DNA of 64,000 bases, from NCBI GenBank assembly GCA_036172245.1, contig JAYWIR010000136.1, positions 1-64,000 of the forward strand. Reading direction: 5' to 3'. The position numbers and the translations under genes were made by a program. Of this stretch, positions 38,276-50,196 are shown piece after piece; the stretch's first letter is position 1, and each line of letters opens with the position of its first letter. The DNA comes from Raillietiella orientalis. Lineage: Eukaryota. The notes beneath the pieces are model-generated. The model was not told the DNA's origin, searched no databases, and saw only the letters and a program-made list of their open reading frames with translations.

Positions 38276-40018
38276 TTATGGTGGGGTGGAAGAAACCGCC
38301 TCCTGTTCAGAAGACGGGTGGTCCGGGTCCATGTCGTTGGAGTGTTCAGGGGCATCGCTTACTCCGTCGGCCGTGGACTGTGTTAACAGTTGGTAAAGGA
38401 TGCTCTCAGGCACGGAGTCGCATTGTGCAACGCACATGGACTCTTCCTCGCTGTCAGATGCCATTTCAACCTCTTCCTGAGAGGTGACAGCACGCCTACG
38501 AGCACCTGTTGCATTTTTATGTTTTCTTTTCGGCAAGCCAACGGAGGGCGAGTTCCCGCTTTCGGCGTCAGACTCGGAGGTGTCCGGGTCTTTTGCCGTA
38601 GCCGGGCGTCGAACGGCCTTCTTCTCGGCCTTGACGGGCTGCCTCAGGAAGGCAGCCAACTCTTCCGCGGCTTGCGCGAAGTTTGCATCAGAGATGCGTT
38701 CCACGTCATCACGGATTTCGCCGCCTGTTGGCGAGTCGGGTGACGTAACAACCGATTCGATAGCGGCAACTGGCGCGCTATCGTTCGGAACCGCAGCGGC
38801 TGAGCTTTCGCTCGCCGCTACAACGCTTCCAGTGGACTGGACTGGAACAATAGATTCGATCGCGGCAACGTGTGCCGCGCTATCGATCGCGACCGTAGCG
38901 ATTTCGCCGCACGAAGCCGGAACCGCTCTATCGATCGACGCCGCGGGTGCGGTATCGATCGATGGCTTGCTGGTGGAAGCCTTCGCGGGAACGCGATCGA
39001 TGTGCACGGTGGAACGGCCGACGGTTTTTGCCACCATTTTCACCGTTTTCTTGGGGGCCTTACCTTTCCCTTTGCTTTCCTTCTTTTTCACCAACTGCCA
39101 ACTGTTTTCGGCGACAGTTTCGCCTTCCTCCGGTTTTTGTTCCACTGGCGTCGATATCTCGCCTGTCTGGGAGGTTTCACTCGATTGGGGATCCTGTTTG
39201 TCCGGTTCCTGTGGCGACTCTGTTCTCTTGTTGCCAACAGGAGTGGACGCAAAACGAAGAGGGCACACCTTTCTTACGTGGCCCTTGTTACCGCAGCGTA
39301 GACACACGATGTTGGGGCACCTCCGTTTAAGGTGCCCTGTAGTCTCGCAGTTTCCGCAAAATTTGGGTTTCCCTATGTACCACAGATCAATGTATTCTTC
39401 ATCGACCTGAAGTCGGTGGGGTAAACCACTATCCTCGCGGACTGTCACACGCGCGGCGGCATAGCCACTGAACGCCCTAGTATAGCCCAGGGTGTTCGGC
39501 TTAGCCCACAGAGCGTGGACGGTCCCGTACTTTTCCAGTTCCTGCCTAACGGCATTTTCGCCATTCGCATCGTCAACCCGGTCAGGTGGATGACGATCGA
39601 TTTGTCGGCAGTAAACGGGAAGATCCTTCTCCCGTTCACGGTCACCGGGCATCTCAGCAACTGCTGAGTCATTCCTGCAGTTTTGCAGTTCAGCTCCACT
39701 AGCTGACGCCACTGCGAACGGAAAGGCCGAGAACTTCTTCTTCCGGCACTTTCAGTTTTTAAATTCCGCGGCAAACGTTCTCAACATCGCGGGAGAATAA
39801 AGCCCACCTACCTTATACAGTAGGGCCGGGTTATATCCGTGGGACTCATAGGCCCGCTGTTCCTCGCATGTTGGCGGCGCGGGAGCCGCCACCACCGCAC
39901 TCCAAGACCTCGCCGGGGCGGGGGACGAATCTGTGGGGGAGATGGTTCCCACATCCATGGGCTGAGGGGACAAGGCACGCCCGTCCCCCTTTTCCGCATT
40001 GGCGGTGTCCTCAGGCAT
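38276..40018 (-). pseudogene. ORF1 of element I, frameshifted
   Basis: Inverted near-identical copy of 44621-46366 with a few 1-bp deletions. Confidence 0.9.
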
Positions 40019-40225
40019 TTCTGCCTTCAAAACACCGCCCAAACACCACACAACCTACAACCTCGCGCTAAAACGCAGGAGCAGCAAAAGAAACACGTCT
40101 GCCGTCACTGCGGGCACGACCGGCTCAGGATCGACGGTATCGATCGCCTTTACCGTTACTTTCTTTACGGCTCTGGCGATCGAGACGCGTTCGATCTTCA
40201 CCGTACAAGCGCGGACGACCGTAAA

Positions 40226-41368
40226 TTGAGAGGACGTGTTTTTCGGTGCTTCCGAAAACCGTCTTTTTTGCGAGTGTCGGTGTTTTTCTAGGTGCGGTCG
40301 TTCCTGGGCAGAAATGCCCGAGGACACCGCCGCCACGGCGAAGGGGGGCGAGCGAGCCTCGTCCCCCCAGCCCATGGATGTGGGGGCCATCTCCCCCACG
40401 GAATCGTCCCCCGCCCCGGCGAGGGCTTGGAGCGCGGTGGTGGCGGCGCCTGCGCCGCCCCCCGCAGAGGAACAGCGGGCATACATGGCCGACGGGTATA
40501 ACCCGGCCTTGTTATACAAGGTAGGTGGCCTGTACTCCCCCGCGGTTTTGCGGTCGTTCGCGGCCGAGTTTAAAAAATTAAAAGTCCCGGAGGACGAAGT
40601 CCTCGGACTTTCGGTAAGGAGTGGCGGGCAGCTGGTTGAGCTGAACTGCAAGTCTGCAGGGATGGCTCAGCAGCTGCTCCGCCTGCCGGTGACCGTGAAC
40701 GGTCGAAGAATCTTCCCGTTCACGGCGGAGAACTCCATCGTTGTCCACCTCACCGGTATTACGATGGGAATGGCCAAGACCGCCGTTCGGGAAAGTTTGG
40801 AGAAGTTCGGGACGGTCCACGCGTTGTGGGCAAAACCCAATGTCCTGGGTTACACCAGGGCATTTAGTGGTTACGCCGCTGCGCGCGTGACGGTACGTGC
40901 CGAGGGTGGGCTACCCCACAGACTGCAGGTCGGGGAGGAGGAGATCGACCTGTGGTATGTGGGGGAACCCGTATACTGCGGCTTTTGCCAGGTGTCGGGG
41001 CACCTGAAGAAAAGATGCCCCAACATCGTGTGCTTGGGCTGCGGCGCAAAGGGGCACATCAGGCGGATGTGCCCCAACAGAAAAAGGTCAGTTCCTACAG
41101 GCGCGAGGAAAGCAGACACGCCGAAGGAACAGGACCGAAGCCACGAAATGGCAGAAACCCACCCTGCAGACCAACCCGCTGCTCAGCCATCCACCAGCGA
41201 ACAACCAGCTGGAGAAAGCGCCGAGAACGAGGAAGGTTGGCAGAAGGTGGAGAAGAGGAAAAAGGCCCCGAAGAAGGAGGTCAAACGAATCACCAAGGCG
41301 GCACCGCTGAAGAAGAAGCAGGTGATCCGCGCTTGTTCGGTAAAAATCGAACGCGTGTCGGTCATCGC
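40226..41368 (+). mobile_element. 5' part of an element (subfamily G); ORF1 from 40314, truncated
   Basis: GAGGACGTGTTTTT 5' motif; MPEDTAAT start; CGFCQVSGHLKKRC and CLGCGAKGHIRRMC knuckles. Confidence 0.88.
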
Positions 41369-41586
41369 TCCTCGCCTTGAGCGGTGAGGGCGATTCCGGG
41401 GCGGACGCCCCTGATTCTGTAGGCTGTGGGGGTGGGCAAGCCTCCCCCACACCTACCTCCATCGTGGTGTCCTCAGGCATCGCTGCCATCGGACACCAAC
41501 GATGTTCCACACCAAACAACAATAGAAAAAAAACCGCTTCCTGTCGACTCACTCGGGAGCGAAGGAAACACACGTCCACTCGCCAA
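41369..41586 (-). mobile_element. Short 5'-end fragment with ORF1 start at 41480
   Basis: GGACGTGTGTTT 5' motif; MPEDTTMEVG start. Confidence 0.75.
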
Positions 41587-44526
41587 GGGCTTCGGTGAGG
41601 GTGTCCGGAACGAGCGGGCGTACCTACAGGCGCGCCGTTATTCCCGGCGTCCCGACGTCCGTCGCCTGGCTGAATTCAAGGCTGAGGCGGAGAGGCAGGC
41701 CTGGCAGTCAGGCTCGGCCTGCCTGCTGGATCATCAGGGCCAAGAACGCTCCAGCCCAGCCCAGGTAAGCCGCATCGTGCGGGAGTTTTATTCCTCCTTG
41801 TACGCGCCACTGACACCTGAGCGCCATTTCGCGCAGCGCCTGCTGCCGGATGGCGCTCCCGCGCTCAAGGAGGAGGACCGCTCCAGATTGGCGGAACCGT
41901 TCACGATGGCGGAGATCATCTCCGCCATCAACAGGCTCAAGAGAAGGAAGGCACCAGGGGAGGACGGCCTGCCCGCGGAGTTTTACCATCGCTTCGCGCC
42001 AGAGCTGGCCCCCCTGGTGCTCAGGTTAAGTGCTCTGATCCGCGAACACGGCGAAGTTCCCGCCTCGTTCCGGTCAGCTAAAGTACGTCTCCTGCCGAAG
42101 TCAGGAGACTTACGCAACATTGGCAACTGGCGTCCCATCACAGTAGTGAATGCGGACGCAAAGTTGTATGCCAAGTTGTGGGCTGAGCGTTTGGGGCGGG
42201 TGGCCGCTTCCGTGGTGAGTCCCGAGCAGACCTATGCTGTTCCCGGACGAACCATGGAGGCCAACCAGCTCCTCGCCAGCTCATGGTGGCAGTTGCGACA
42301 ACGCGTTGCACAGGATGGTCAAGGGAGCCTCGCGCCCCCCTCTGACCAAGAAGATCGGGCAGAGGGTGGGATGGACTCGGCGGGAGCCTTTGCCGTCGCG
42401 GTCGATTTGCACAAAGCATTCGACTGCGTCGACCAGGATCTCCTTCTGGAGCTCCTGGAACGCATGGGTTTCCCGGCCGTGCTCCAGTCCTACCTGCGCT
42501 CCTGCTGGCGCAACGCGTCTATGAATATTTGTTTCAGCGGCCGGCACGTGTACGGCGTGCCAGTGCGCCGCGGCATACGGCAGGGTGACAGCCTGAGCCC
42601 CTTGCTCTTCAGCATCTACTTTGAGTTGGTGCTTAGGGCATACAGGGTAACTCTGGCAGCCCTGCCGAGCTCGTGTGCCGGCACGCCTGCCGTGTCGGCC
42701 TATGCAGACGATCTTCTGCTGCTGCTTCCCGGGTCCACTCCGGCGAGTGCGCTCGAGGATTTCTTCGAGTTGCTGCGCCGCGGGACGGGCCTGGAGGTGA
42801 ACAGGGCGAAGTCGTCCATGGTCTTCGTCGGTTCGGCGTGGGCTGGACGGTCGGATTGGATCCGCTTGGGGATCCCCACGGACAGGTGCTTCAAGTACCT
42901 AGGCGTTCCGATGGGGGAATTCTGCGCAGCAGAAGCCTGGTCCGACCGTCTCCAAAAGGCAGCGTTGGCGACCGGTCCGTTCCAAGAAAGCAAGCTTTAC
43001 TTGCAGGAACGGGCCACGGTGTGGAACGCGTTTGCGGCCCCCCTTCTTCGCCCCCTACTTTTTGTGTGCCCCGCCCCTTACTTCATCCGTAAACGAGCAG
43101 CGGGCCTCCTGAGGACAGTCCTTTGGGGCAAAGGGAGGTCCCGTGTGAGGCTCAAAGACTTGTGCGCTCCCCGTAAGGACGGAGGACTTGGCGTTCTTAC
43201 GCTGGAGCGCATTGAACTACAACTCCGGTTCAGGACTCTCGCCCTTGCGGCGGAATTGTGGGACACGCCTTGGTGCGTTCCAGCACGCCTCCTGGCCCAA
43301 CGAGCCTGCGGATTCGACGGACTTTTGTCGTTTCTGCTGGCACGCGACCGCAGAGAAGCACACGGCTGCTTAATCCTGCGTCGCATGGAAGTTGCGGTAC
43401 GGGAGAACGCCTGGATCTCCTGCCGCCCAGGGACCTACTCTGCATGGCTGCACGAGTCAGTGTCCACCTGGGTAAAGATCCACGTTTCGGCGGGCACAAG
43501 AAACACTTGCCTGCAAAGGCACGCCCGCTGGAAACTGCAGGAGATCGTGCAGTCCCACGAATAGCGCATGTGGGCTTTGATAACCCCCCTTGCCCCAGTG
43601 CTGTTCTTCCTCATCGACGCCAGGGACAGTAGGGAGCTTGGGAAATGGTACGTGTCCTGCACCATTGGAGGCAGGACACAAACGATTATGGCGTGGACAT
43701 CTCGGCAGCTAGCGGACGCTGCGACACCGAGAGTCCCGCCTAACGGAATTCGACGCTGGGGCGAGCTACTCGGACTATCTCCGGAGGAGATGAAGTGGCC
43801 CCCGGCGTCCTGGAACAGTGGATCCCTCCCCCTGAAATGGCAGGATGTGGCGTTGCTTGTGGTCCTCTGGGGACTTCCATTCAAAGCACGCCTTCATCAC
43901 ACAACCCGGGGGGCTGTGGATCATTATTGTGACCGGTGCGGGGAAAAAGAGACCTTCCCCCACCTTCTCATCGAGTGCAGTGCCATCCGCCCTTTATGGG
44001 ATCGCCTTACGGCGATCCTGGACTTGCGCGGATGCGGCCCTAAGGACGTTTTTAGGCTCCTCTTCCGTAGTGACGCCTTGTCCCCCCCCTCTTCTGTAGC
44101 AGTCCTCTGCTGCATTCGAGGGATCGTGGCGGCTTGGAACGCCACCAGAAGAAGACGTCAGCCAACTGACAACGCCTTACGGTTCACCCGCCTATTCGTC
44201 CGAGACGTCTGCAAGTGGCGCCACTTGGGCGCAGAGAAGACTCAGCTTGTACGGATCCTAAATAGGATCTAGAGGACCTATCCGCCCGCACGGTGATCCC
44301 CTCCCTGCCCTCCCATTCCCGAAACATTTGCTCCCTCCCATAATTCAACTATTTGTTTGTTTTTTGTTTTGTTCTTTCCCAACCCCCGCGGATCGGATGG
44401 ACCTCTACGGCATAGCGCCCGTAAATACCAAGCTGTTTTGTAGTGGTGGACCTTTGGGTTCACCACGCGACAATCCATTGTGATTTTATTCTTTTGAATA
44501 AATGCCCCGGCATATCCGGGTGAAAA
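41587..44526 (+). mobile_element. 3' two-thirds of a subfamily H element; ORF2 at 41587-44272 with one stop (43562)
   Basis: Begins GFGEGVRNE; YADD and zinc finger; 3' UTR nearly identical to 30096-30350 inverted. Confidence 0.92.
44497..44526 (+). other. Conserved 3'-terminal AATAAA plus CCCGG-N5-CCGGG hairpin (representative copy)
   Basis: aataaatgccccggcatatccgggtgaaaa; 17 copies in the window, a few with stem mutations. Confidence 0.8.
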
Positions 44527-44536
44527 CGCAGTGACG

Positions 44537-44550
44537 GCAGACGTGTTTCT
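44537..44550 (+). promoter_or_regulatory. Conserved 5'-terminal GACGTGT motif (representative copy); putative internal promoter
   Basis: Present within about 10 bp of the 5' end in most subfamilies. Confidence 0.5.
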
Positions 44551-44620
44551 TTTGCTGCTCCTGCGTTTTAGCGCGAGGTTGTAGGTTGTGTGGTGTTTGG
44601 GCGGTGTTTTGAAGGCAGAA

Positions 44621-46366
44621 ATGCCTGAGGACACCGCCAATGCGAAAAAGGGGGACGGGCGTGCCTTGTCCCCTCAGCCCATGGATGTGGGGGCCATCTC
44701 CCCCACAGATTCGTCCCCCGCCCCGGCGAGGTCTTGGAGTGCGGTGGTGGCGGCTCCCGCGCCGCCACCATGCGAGGAACAGCGGGCCTATGAGTCCCAC
44801 GGATATAACCCGGCCCTACTGTATAAGGTAGGTGGGCTTTATTCTCCCGCGATGTTGAGAACGTTTGCCGCGGAATTTAAAAAACTGAAAGTGCCGGAAG
44901 AAGAAGTTCTCGGCCTTTCCGTTCGCAGTGGCGGTCAGCTAGTGGAGCTGAACTGCAAAACTGCAGGAATGACTCAGCAGTTGCTGAGATGCCCGGTGAC
45001 CGTGAACGGGAGAAGGATCTTCCCGTTTACTGCCGACAAATCGATCGTCATCCACCTTACCGGGTTGACGATGCGAATGGCGAAAAATGCCGTTAGGCAG
45101 GAACTGGAAAAGTACGGTACCTTCCACGCTCTGTGGGCTAAGCCGAACACCCTGGGCTATACTAGGGCGTTCAGTGGCTATGCCGCCGCGCGTGTGACAG
45201 TCCGCGAGGATAGTGGTTTACCCCACCGACTTCAGGTCGATGAAGAATACATTGATCTGTGGTACATAGGGAAACCCAAATTTTGCGGAAACTGCGAGAC
45301 TACAGGGCACCTTAAACGGAGGTGCCCCAACATCGTGTGTCTACGCTGCGGTAACAAGGGGCACGTAAGAAAGGTGTGCCCTCTTCGTTTTGCTTCCACT
45401 CCTGTTGGCAACAAGAGAACAGAGTCGCCACAGGAACCGGACAAACAGGATCCCCAATCGAGTGAAACCTCCCAGACAGGCGAGATATCGACGCCAGTGG
45501 AACAAAGACCGGAGGAAGGCGAAACTGTCGCCGAAAACAGTTGGCAGTTGGTGAAAAAGAAGGAAAGCAAAGGGAAAGGTAAGGCCCCCAAGAAAACGGT
45601 GAAAATGGTGGCAAAAACCGTCCGCCGTTCCACCGTGCACATCGATCGCGTTCCCGCGAAGGCTTCCACCAGCAAGCCATCGATCGATACCGCACCCGCG
45701 GCGTCGATCGATAAAGCGGTTCCGGCTTCGTGCGGCGAAATCGCTACGGTCGCGATCGATAGCGCGGCACACGTTGCCGCGAGCGAATCTATTGTTCCAG
45801 TCCAGTCCACTGGAAGCGTTGTAGCGGCGAGCGAAAGCTCAGCCGCTGCGGTTCCGAACGATAGCGCGCCAGTTGCCGCTATCGAATCGGTTCTTACGTC
45901 ACCCGACTCGCCAACAGGCGGCGAAATCCGTGATGACGTGAAACGCATCTCTGATGCAAACTTCGCGCAAGCCGCGGAAGAGTTGGCTGCCTTCCTGAGG
46001 CAGCCCTTCAAGGCCGAGAAGAAGGCCGTTCGACGCCCGGCTACGGCAAAAGACCCGGAAACCTCCGAGTCTGACGCCGAAAGCGGGAACTCGCCCTCCG
46101 TTGGCTTGCCGAAAAGAAAACATAAAAATGCAACAGCTGTTCGTAGGCGTGCTGTCACCTCTCAGGAAGAGGTTGAAATGGCATCTGACAGCGAGGAAGA
46201 GTCCATGTGCGTTGCACAATGCGACTCCGTGCCTGAGAGCATCCTTTACCAACTGTTAACACAGTCCACGGCCGACGGAGTGAGCGATGCCCCTGAACAC
46301 TCCAACGACATGCACCCAAACCACCCGTCTTCTGAACAGGAGGCGGTTTCTTCCACCCCACCATAA
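44621..46366 (+). CDS. Intact ORF1 nucleic-acid-binding (gag-like) protein, 581 aa
   Basis: GCAGAAATG context; knuckles CGNCETTGHLKRRC and CLRCGNKGHVRKVC; low-complexity C-terminal half; no interruptions. Confidence 0.88.
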   Translation: MPEDTANAKKGDGRALSPQPMDVGAISPTDSSPAPARSWSAVVAAPAPPPCEEQRAYESHGYNPALLYKVGGLYSPAMLRTFAAEFKKLKVPEEEVLGLSVRSGGQLVELNCKTAGMTQQLLRCPVTVNGRRIFPFTADKSIVIHLTGLTMRMAKNAVRQELEKYGTFHALWAKPNTLGYTRAFSGYAAARVTVREDSGLPHRLQVDEEYIDLWYIGKPKFCGNCETTGHLKRRCPNIVCLRCGNKGHVRKVCPLRFASTPVGNKRTESPQEPDKQDPQSSETSQTGEISTPVEQRPEEGETVAENSWQLVKKKESKGKGKAPKKTVKMVAKTVRRSTVHIDRVPAKASTSKPSIDTAPAASIDKAVPASCGEIATVAIDSAAHVAASESIVPVQSTGSVVAASESSAAAVPNDSAPVAAIESVLTSPDSPTGGEIRDDVKRISDANFAQAAEELAAFLRQPFKAEKKAVRRPATAKDPETSESDAESGNSPSVGLPKRKHKNATAVRRRAVTSQEEVEMASDSEEESMCVAQCDSVPESILYQLLTQSTADGVSDAPEHSNDMHPNHPSSEQEAVSSTPP

Positions 46367-46374
46367 CAACACCA

Positions 46375-49300
46375 TTGCGAGGAATCGCCTCCTCTAGCCG
46401 CTTGCGAATAACCTGTTGGAACTTCAACGGGTTGACGGCATGCTGGCGACGCGTCGGCGGGCGGTTGCCGCCGCATTCCTCAACTTCGACTGCTTCTTGC
46501 TGGCGCCTCACAACAAGCAGGCGGGGCCAAGTTTGAAAATCACGGGAAGAGGGCGCTGCGGCTACTGGCGGGAGGATGAACGAGACCACTCACCGCGAAT
46601 TGGCGCCTTTCTGCTGAAGCCGGCAGTCGAAAACTCTCTGCGTAGCGTTCGCTTCGACGTGGACGGTCGAGTTGGACAACTTGTTCTCAAGTGGTCCGAA
46701 TCGATCGACCTCGTTGTGACGAACATATACGCGCCAGTGAGCAACCACGGGGCCGAGGAACGCACTGCGTTCCTCGAATCCCTGCGGCGAGACTGGCTGG
46801 CTGAAGCGGACGTACGGAAGGCGCACCTCATTGCGGGCGATTTCAATCTCCGCCTGCTAGCAGGTGCACCCAACCGACGAGCACAGCTGGTCAACGAGTT
46901 GTGCGCAGCAATGAATGCACGCAACTTGTTGGCCGGTGATACCGGGAGAGATCGGAACATCGATCACATGTTTCTCGACAACCACCTGTGCACGCGGGTG
47001 GGAACTCGTGGAACGCTCCCGGCAGAGCTGTCCGACCATCCACGGCTCGTGCTCGACCTACATCCGCGCGACAAGGGTCCTCCCCTGAAAACGTGACGCC
47101 TGCCAGGGGACTGGTTCCGCCTCGCAGGAGCGGCGGAACATCTGCGCGCCTTCCTGCGAGAATTACATCTTCAGTCGCTCGCGGACTGGGACGAAATGAA
47201 GTACTCAGTCCGCGAGTTTTGCGAACAGCTTCCCCTGGAGCGCCTTCCTCCGGGCTTCGGAGAAGGTGTCAGGAACGAGCGAGCCTACCTTCAGGCCCGC
47301 CGGTATTCCAGACGACCCGACGTTCGTCGCCTGGCGGAATTCAAAGCTGAGGCGGAGAGGCAGGCCTGGCAGTCAGGCTCGGCCTGCTTGCTGGACCATC
47401 AGGGCCAAGAACGCTCCAGCCCAGCTCAGGTAAGCCGCATCGTGCGGGAGTTTTATTCCTCCTTATACGCGCCATTAACACCCGAGTGCCAATTCGCGCA
47501 GCAGTTGCTGCTGGATGGGGCTCCCGCGATCGGGGAGGAAGTTTGTTCCAGGTTGTCGGAACCATTTACGGTGGCAGAGATTGTCTCCGCCATCAGTAAA
47601 TTAAAGACAAGAAAGGCACCAGGGGAGGACGGCCTGCCCGCGGAGTTTTACAAACACTTCGCGACAGAGCTGGCTCCCCTGGTGCTCAAGCTAAGTACGC
47701 TGATCCGCGAACACGGCGAAGTTCCCGCCTCGTTCCGATCAGCAAAAGTACGTCTCCTGCCGAAGTCAGGAGACCTACGCAACATTAGCAACTGGCGTCC
47801 CATCACAGTGGTGAATGCGAACGCAAAGTTGTATGCCAAATTGTGGGCTGAGCGTTTAGGACCGGTGGCGGATTCCGTGATCAGCCCGGAGCAAACATAC
47901 GCTGTTCCCGGGCGAACCATGGAAGCCAACCTGCTCCTCGCCAGCACATGGTGGCAGTTGCAACAGCGCTTTGCACAGGACGGTCAAGGGAGCCTTGAGC
48001 ACCCCTCTGACCAGAGAGACCCGGTAGAGGGTGGGGCGGAATCGGCGGGAGCCTTCGCCGTCGCTGTCGACTTGCGCAAAGCATTCGACTGCGTCGACCA
48101 GGATCTCCTTCTGGAGCTCCTGGAACGAATGGGATTCCCGTCCGTGCTCCAGTCTTACCTGCCCTCCTGCTGGCGCAACGCGTTGATTAACATTGTTTTC
48201 AGCGGCCGGCACGTGTATGGCGTGCCAGTGCGCCGCGGCATCCGGCAGGGTGACAGCCTGAGCCCCTTGCTCTTCAGCATCTACTTTGAGTTGGTGCTGA
48301 GGGCATACAGGGTAACTCTGGCAACCCTGCCGAGCTCGTGTCCCGGCACGCCTGCTGTGTCGGCCTATGCAGACGATCTTCTGCTGCTGCTTCCCGGGTC
48401 CACCCCGGCGAGTGCACTCGAGGACTTCTTCGAGTTGCTGCGCCGCGGGACGGGCCTGGAGGTGAACAGGGCGAAGTCGTCCATAACTTGTACCGGCTCG
48501 GCGTGGGCTGGACGGTCGGACTGGATCCGCTTGGGGATCCCCACGGGCAGGTGCTTTAAGTACCTTGATGTTCCGTTGGGGGAATTCTGCCTGACAGAAG
48601 CCTGGTCCGACCGTCTACAAAAGGCATCGTTGGCGATCGGTGCGTTTCACGAAGGCAAGTTTTACTTGCAGGAACGGGCCGCAGTGTGGAACGCGTTTGC
48701 GGTCCCCCTTCTACGCCCTTTACTTTTTGTGTGCCCCGCTTCTTATTTCGTCAGGAAAAGAGCAGCGGGCCTCCTACGGACAGTCCTTTGGGGCAAAGGG
48801 AGGTCCCGTGTGCGTCTTAAAGACTTGTGCGCTCCACGTAAAGACGGTGGACTTGGCCTACTTACGCTGGAGCGCATGGAAGTACAATTTCAGTTTAGGA
48901 CTCTCGCCCTTGCGGCGGAATTGTGGGACACGCCTTGGTGCGGTCCAGCACGACTTCTGGCCCAGCGAGCCTCAGGATATAGCGGACTTTCTTCGTTTCT
49001 CTGGGCGCGCGACCGCAGACAAGCACACTCCGGCTTTCATCTGCGGCGCATGGCCGTTGTGGTTCGGAAGAACACCTGGATCTCCTGCGTCCCAGGGAAC
49101 TACTCGGCATGGTTGCACGAGACAGTCTCCACTTGGGAAAAGCTTCACGTTCCGGCGGGCACAAAAAACACTTGCCTGAAAAGGCACGCCCGCTGGACGC
49201 TACAGGAGATCGTGCAGTCCCACGATCAGCTTCTGTGGGCCCTGATAACCCCGCTTGCTCCTGTGCTGCCCTTCCTACAAAACGCTAGAGACAACAGGGA

Positions 49301-49937
49301 GCAGGGGAAATGGACCGTATCCTGCACCATCAAAAGTAGGACACAAAAGATTAAGGCGTGGACATCTCGGCAGCTAGCGGACGCTGCGACGCCGAGTGTT
49401 CCGCCCAACGGAATCCGACGCTAAGGAGAGCTACTCGGACTATCTCCGGCGGAGATGAAGTGGCCCCCAGCGTCTTGGAATAGTGACTCTCTCCCCCTGA
49501 AATGGCAGGAGGTGGCGCTGCTCGTGATACATTGGGGTTTACCCTTCAAGGCACGCCTCTCTCACTCCACTCGGGGGGCTGTGGATTCCCAGTGCGACCG
49601 GTGCGGGGAGAAAGAGACATTCCCCCACCTCCTTATTGAGTGCATTGCTCTCCGCCCTCTCTGGGATCGTCTTGCAGCAATCCTGGACATTCGCGGAGGC
49701 GGCCCTAAAGATGTTTTTAGGCGACTCTTCTTGCGTGATGCCTTGTCCCCTCCCGCTACTGTGACAGTTCTTTGCTGCATTAGAGGGATCGTGTCGGCTT
49801 GGAACGCGACAAGAAGAAGGCGCCAACCTTGCGGCAATGCTGTACACTGGAGTCGCCTTTTTGTGAGAAACATTTGCAGGTGGAGACACCTGGGTGCACA
49901 ACGGACGCAGCTGGTGAAGATCCTGAACAGGATCTAG
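46375..49937 (+). pseudogene. ORF2 of element I, disrupted
   Basis: Garbled APE start at about 46420-46610; stops at 47094 and 49422; RT motifs intact. Confidence 0.9.
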
Positions 49938-50196
49938 AGGACCTTTCAGCGTGCAATGTGATTCCCTTCCCGCCCTCCCTTCCCAAACATAAGTACTCCC
50001 TCCAACTTTTAAATTTTTTTTCTTTGTTTTGTTTTTTTCTTCCCGTTCCCGCGCGTTGGAAGGACCTCGCCGGTTTAGAACCGGCAAGAAGCAAGCTGCT
50101 TTGTGCTGAACCATCAGGTTCTTCACCCGAAAATTACATGTATTTTTATTTTTTTAAATAAATCCTCCGGCATATCCGGGTAAAAACGCAGTGACG

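Larger units (their letters stand above)
34463..40102 (-). mobile_element. Full-length element (subfamily I, 5640 bp) with 10-bp TSD
   Basis: TSD cgtcactgcg at 34453-34462 and 40103-40112; 5' GCAGACGTGTTTC; both ORFs; terminal hairpin. Confidence 0.93.
30096..40225 (-). mobile_element. Subfamily H element lacking its 5' end, containing nested element I at 34463-40102
   Basis: 3' end at 30096; ORF2; ORF1 C-terminus at 33907-34462, continuing at 40113-40225 across the TSD. Confidence 0.88.
44537..50186 (+). mobile_element. Full-length element (subfamily I, 5650 bp) with 10-bp TSD
   Basis: TSD cgcagtgacg at 44527-44536 and 50187-50196. Confidence 0.93.
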
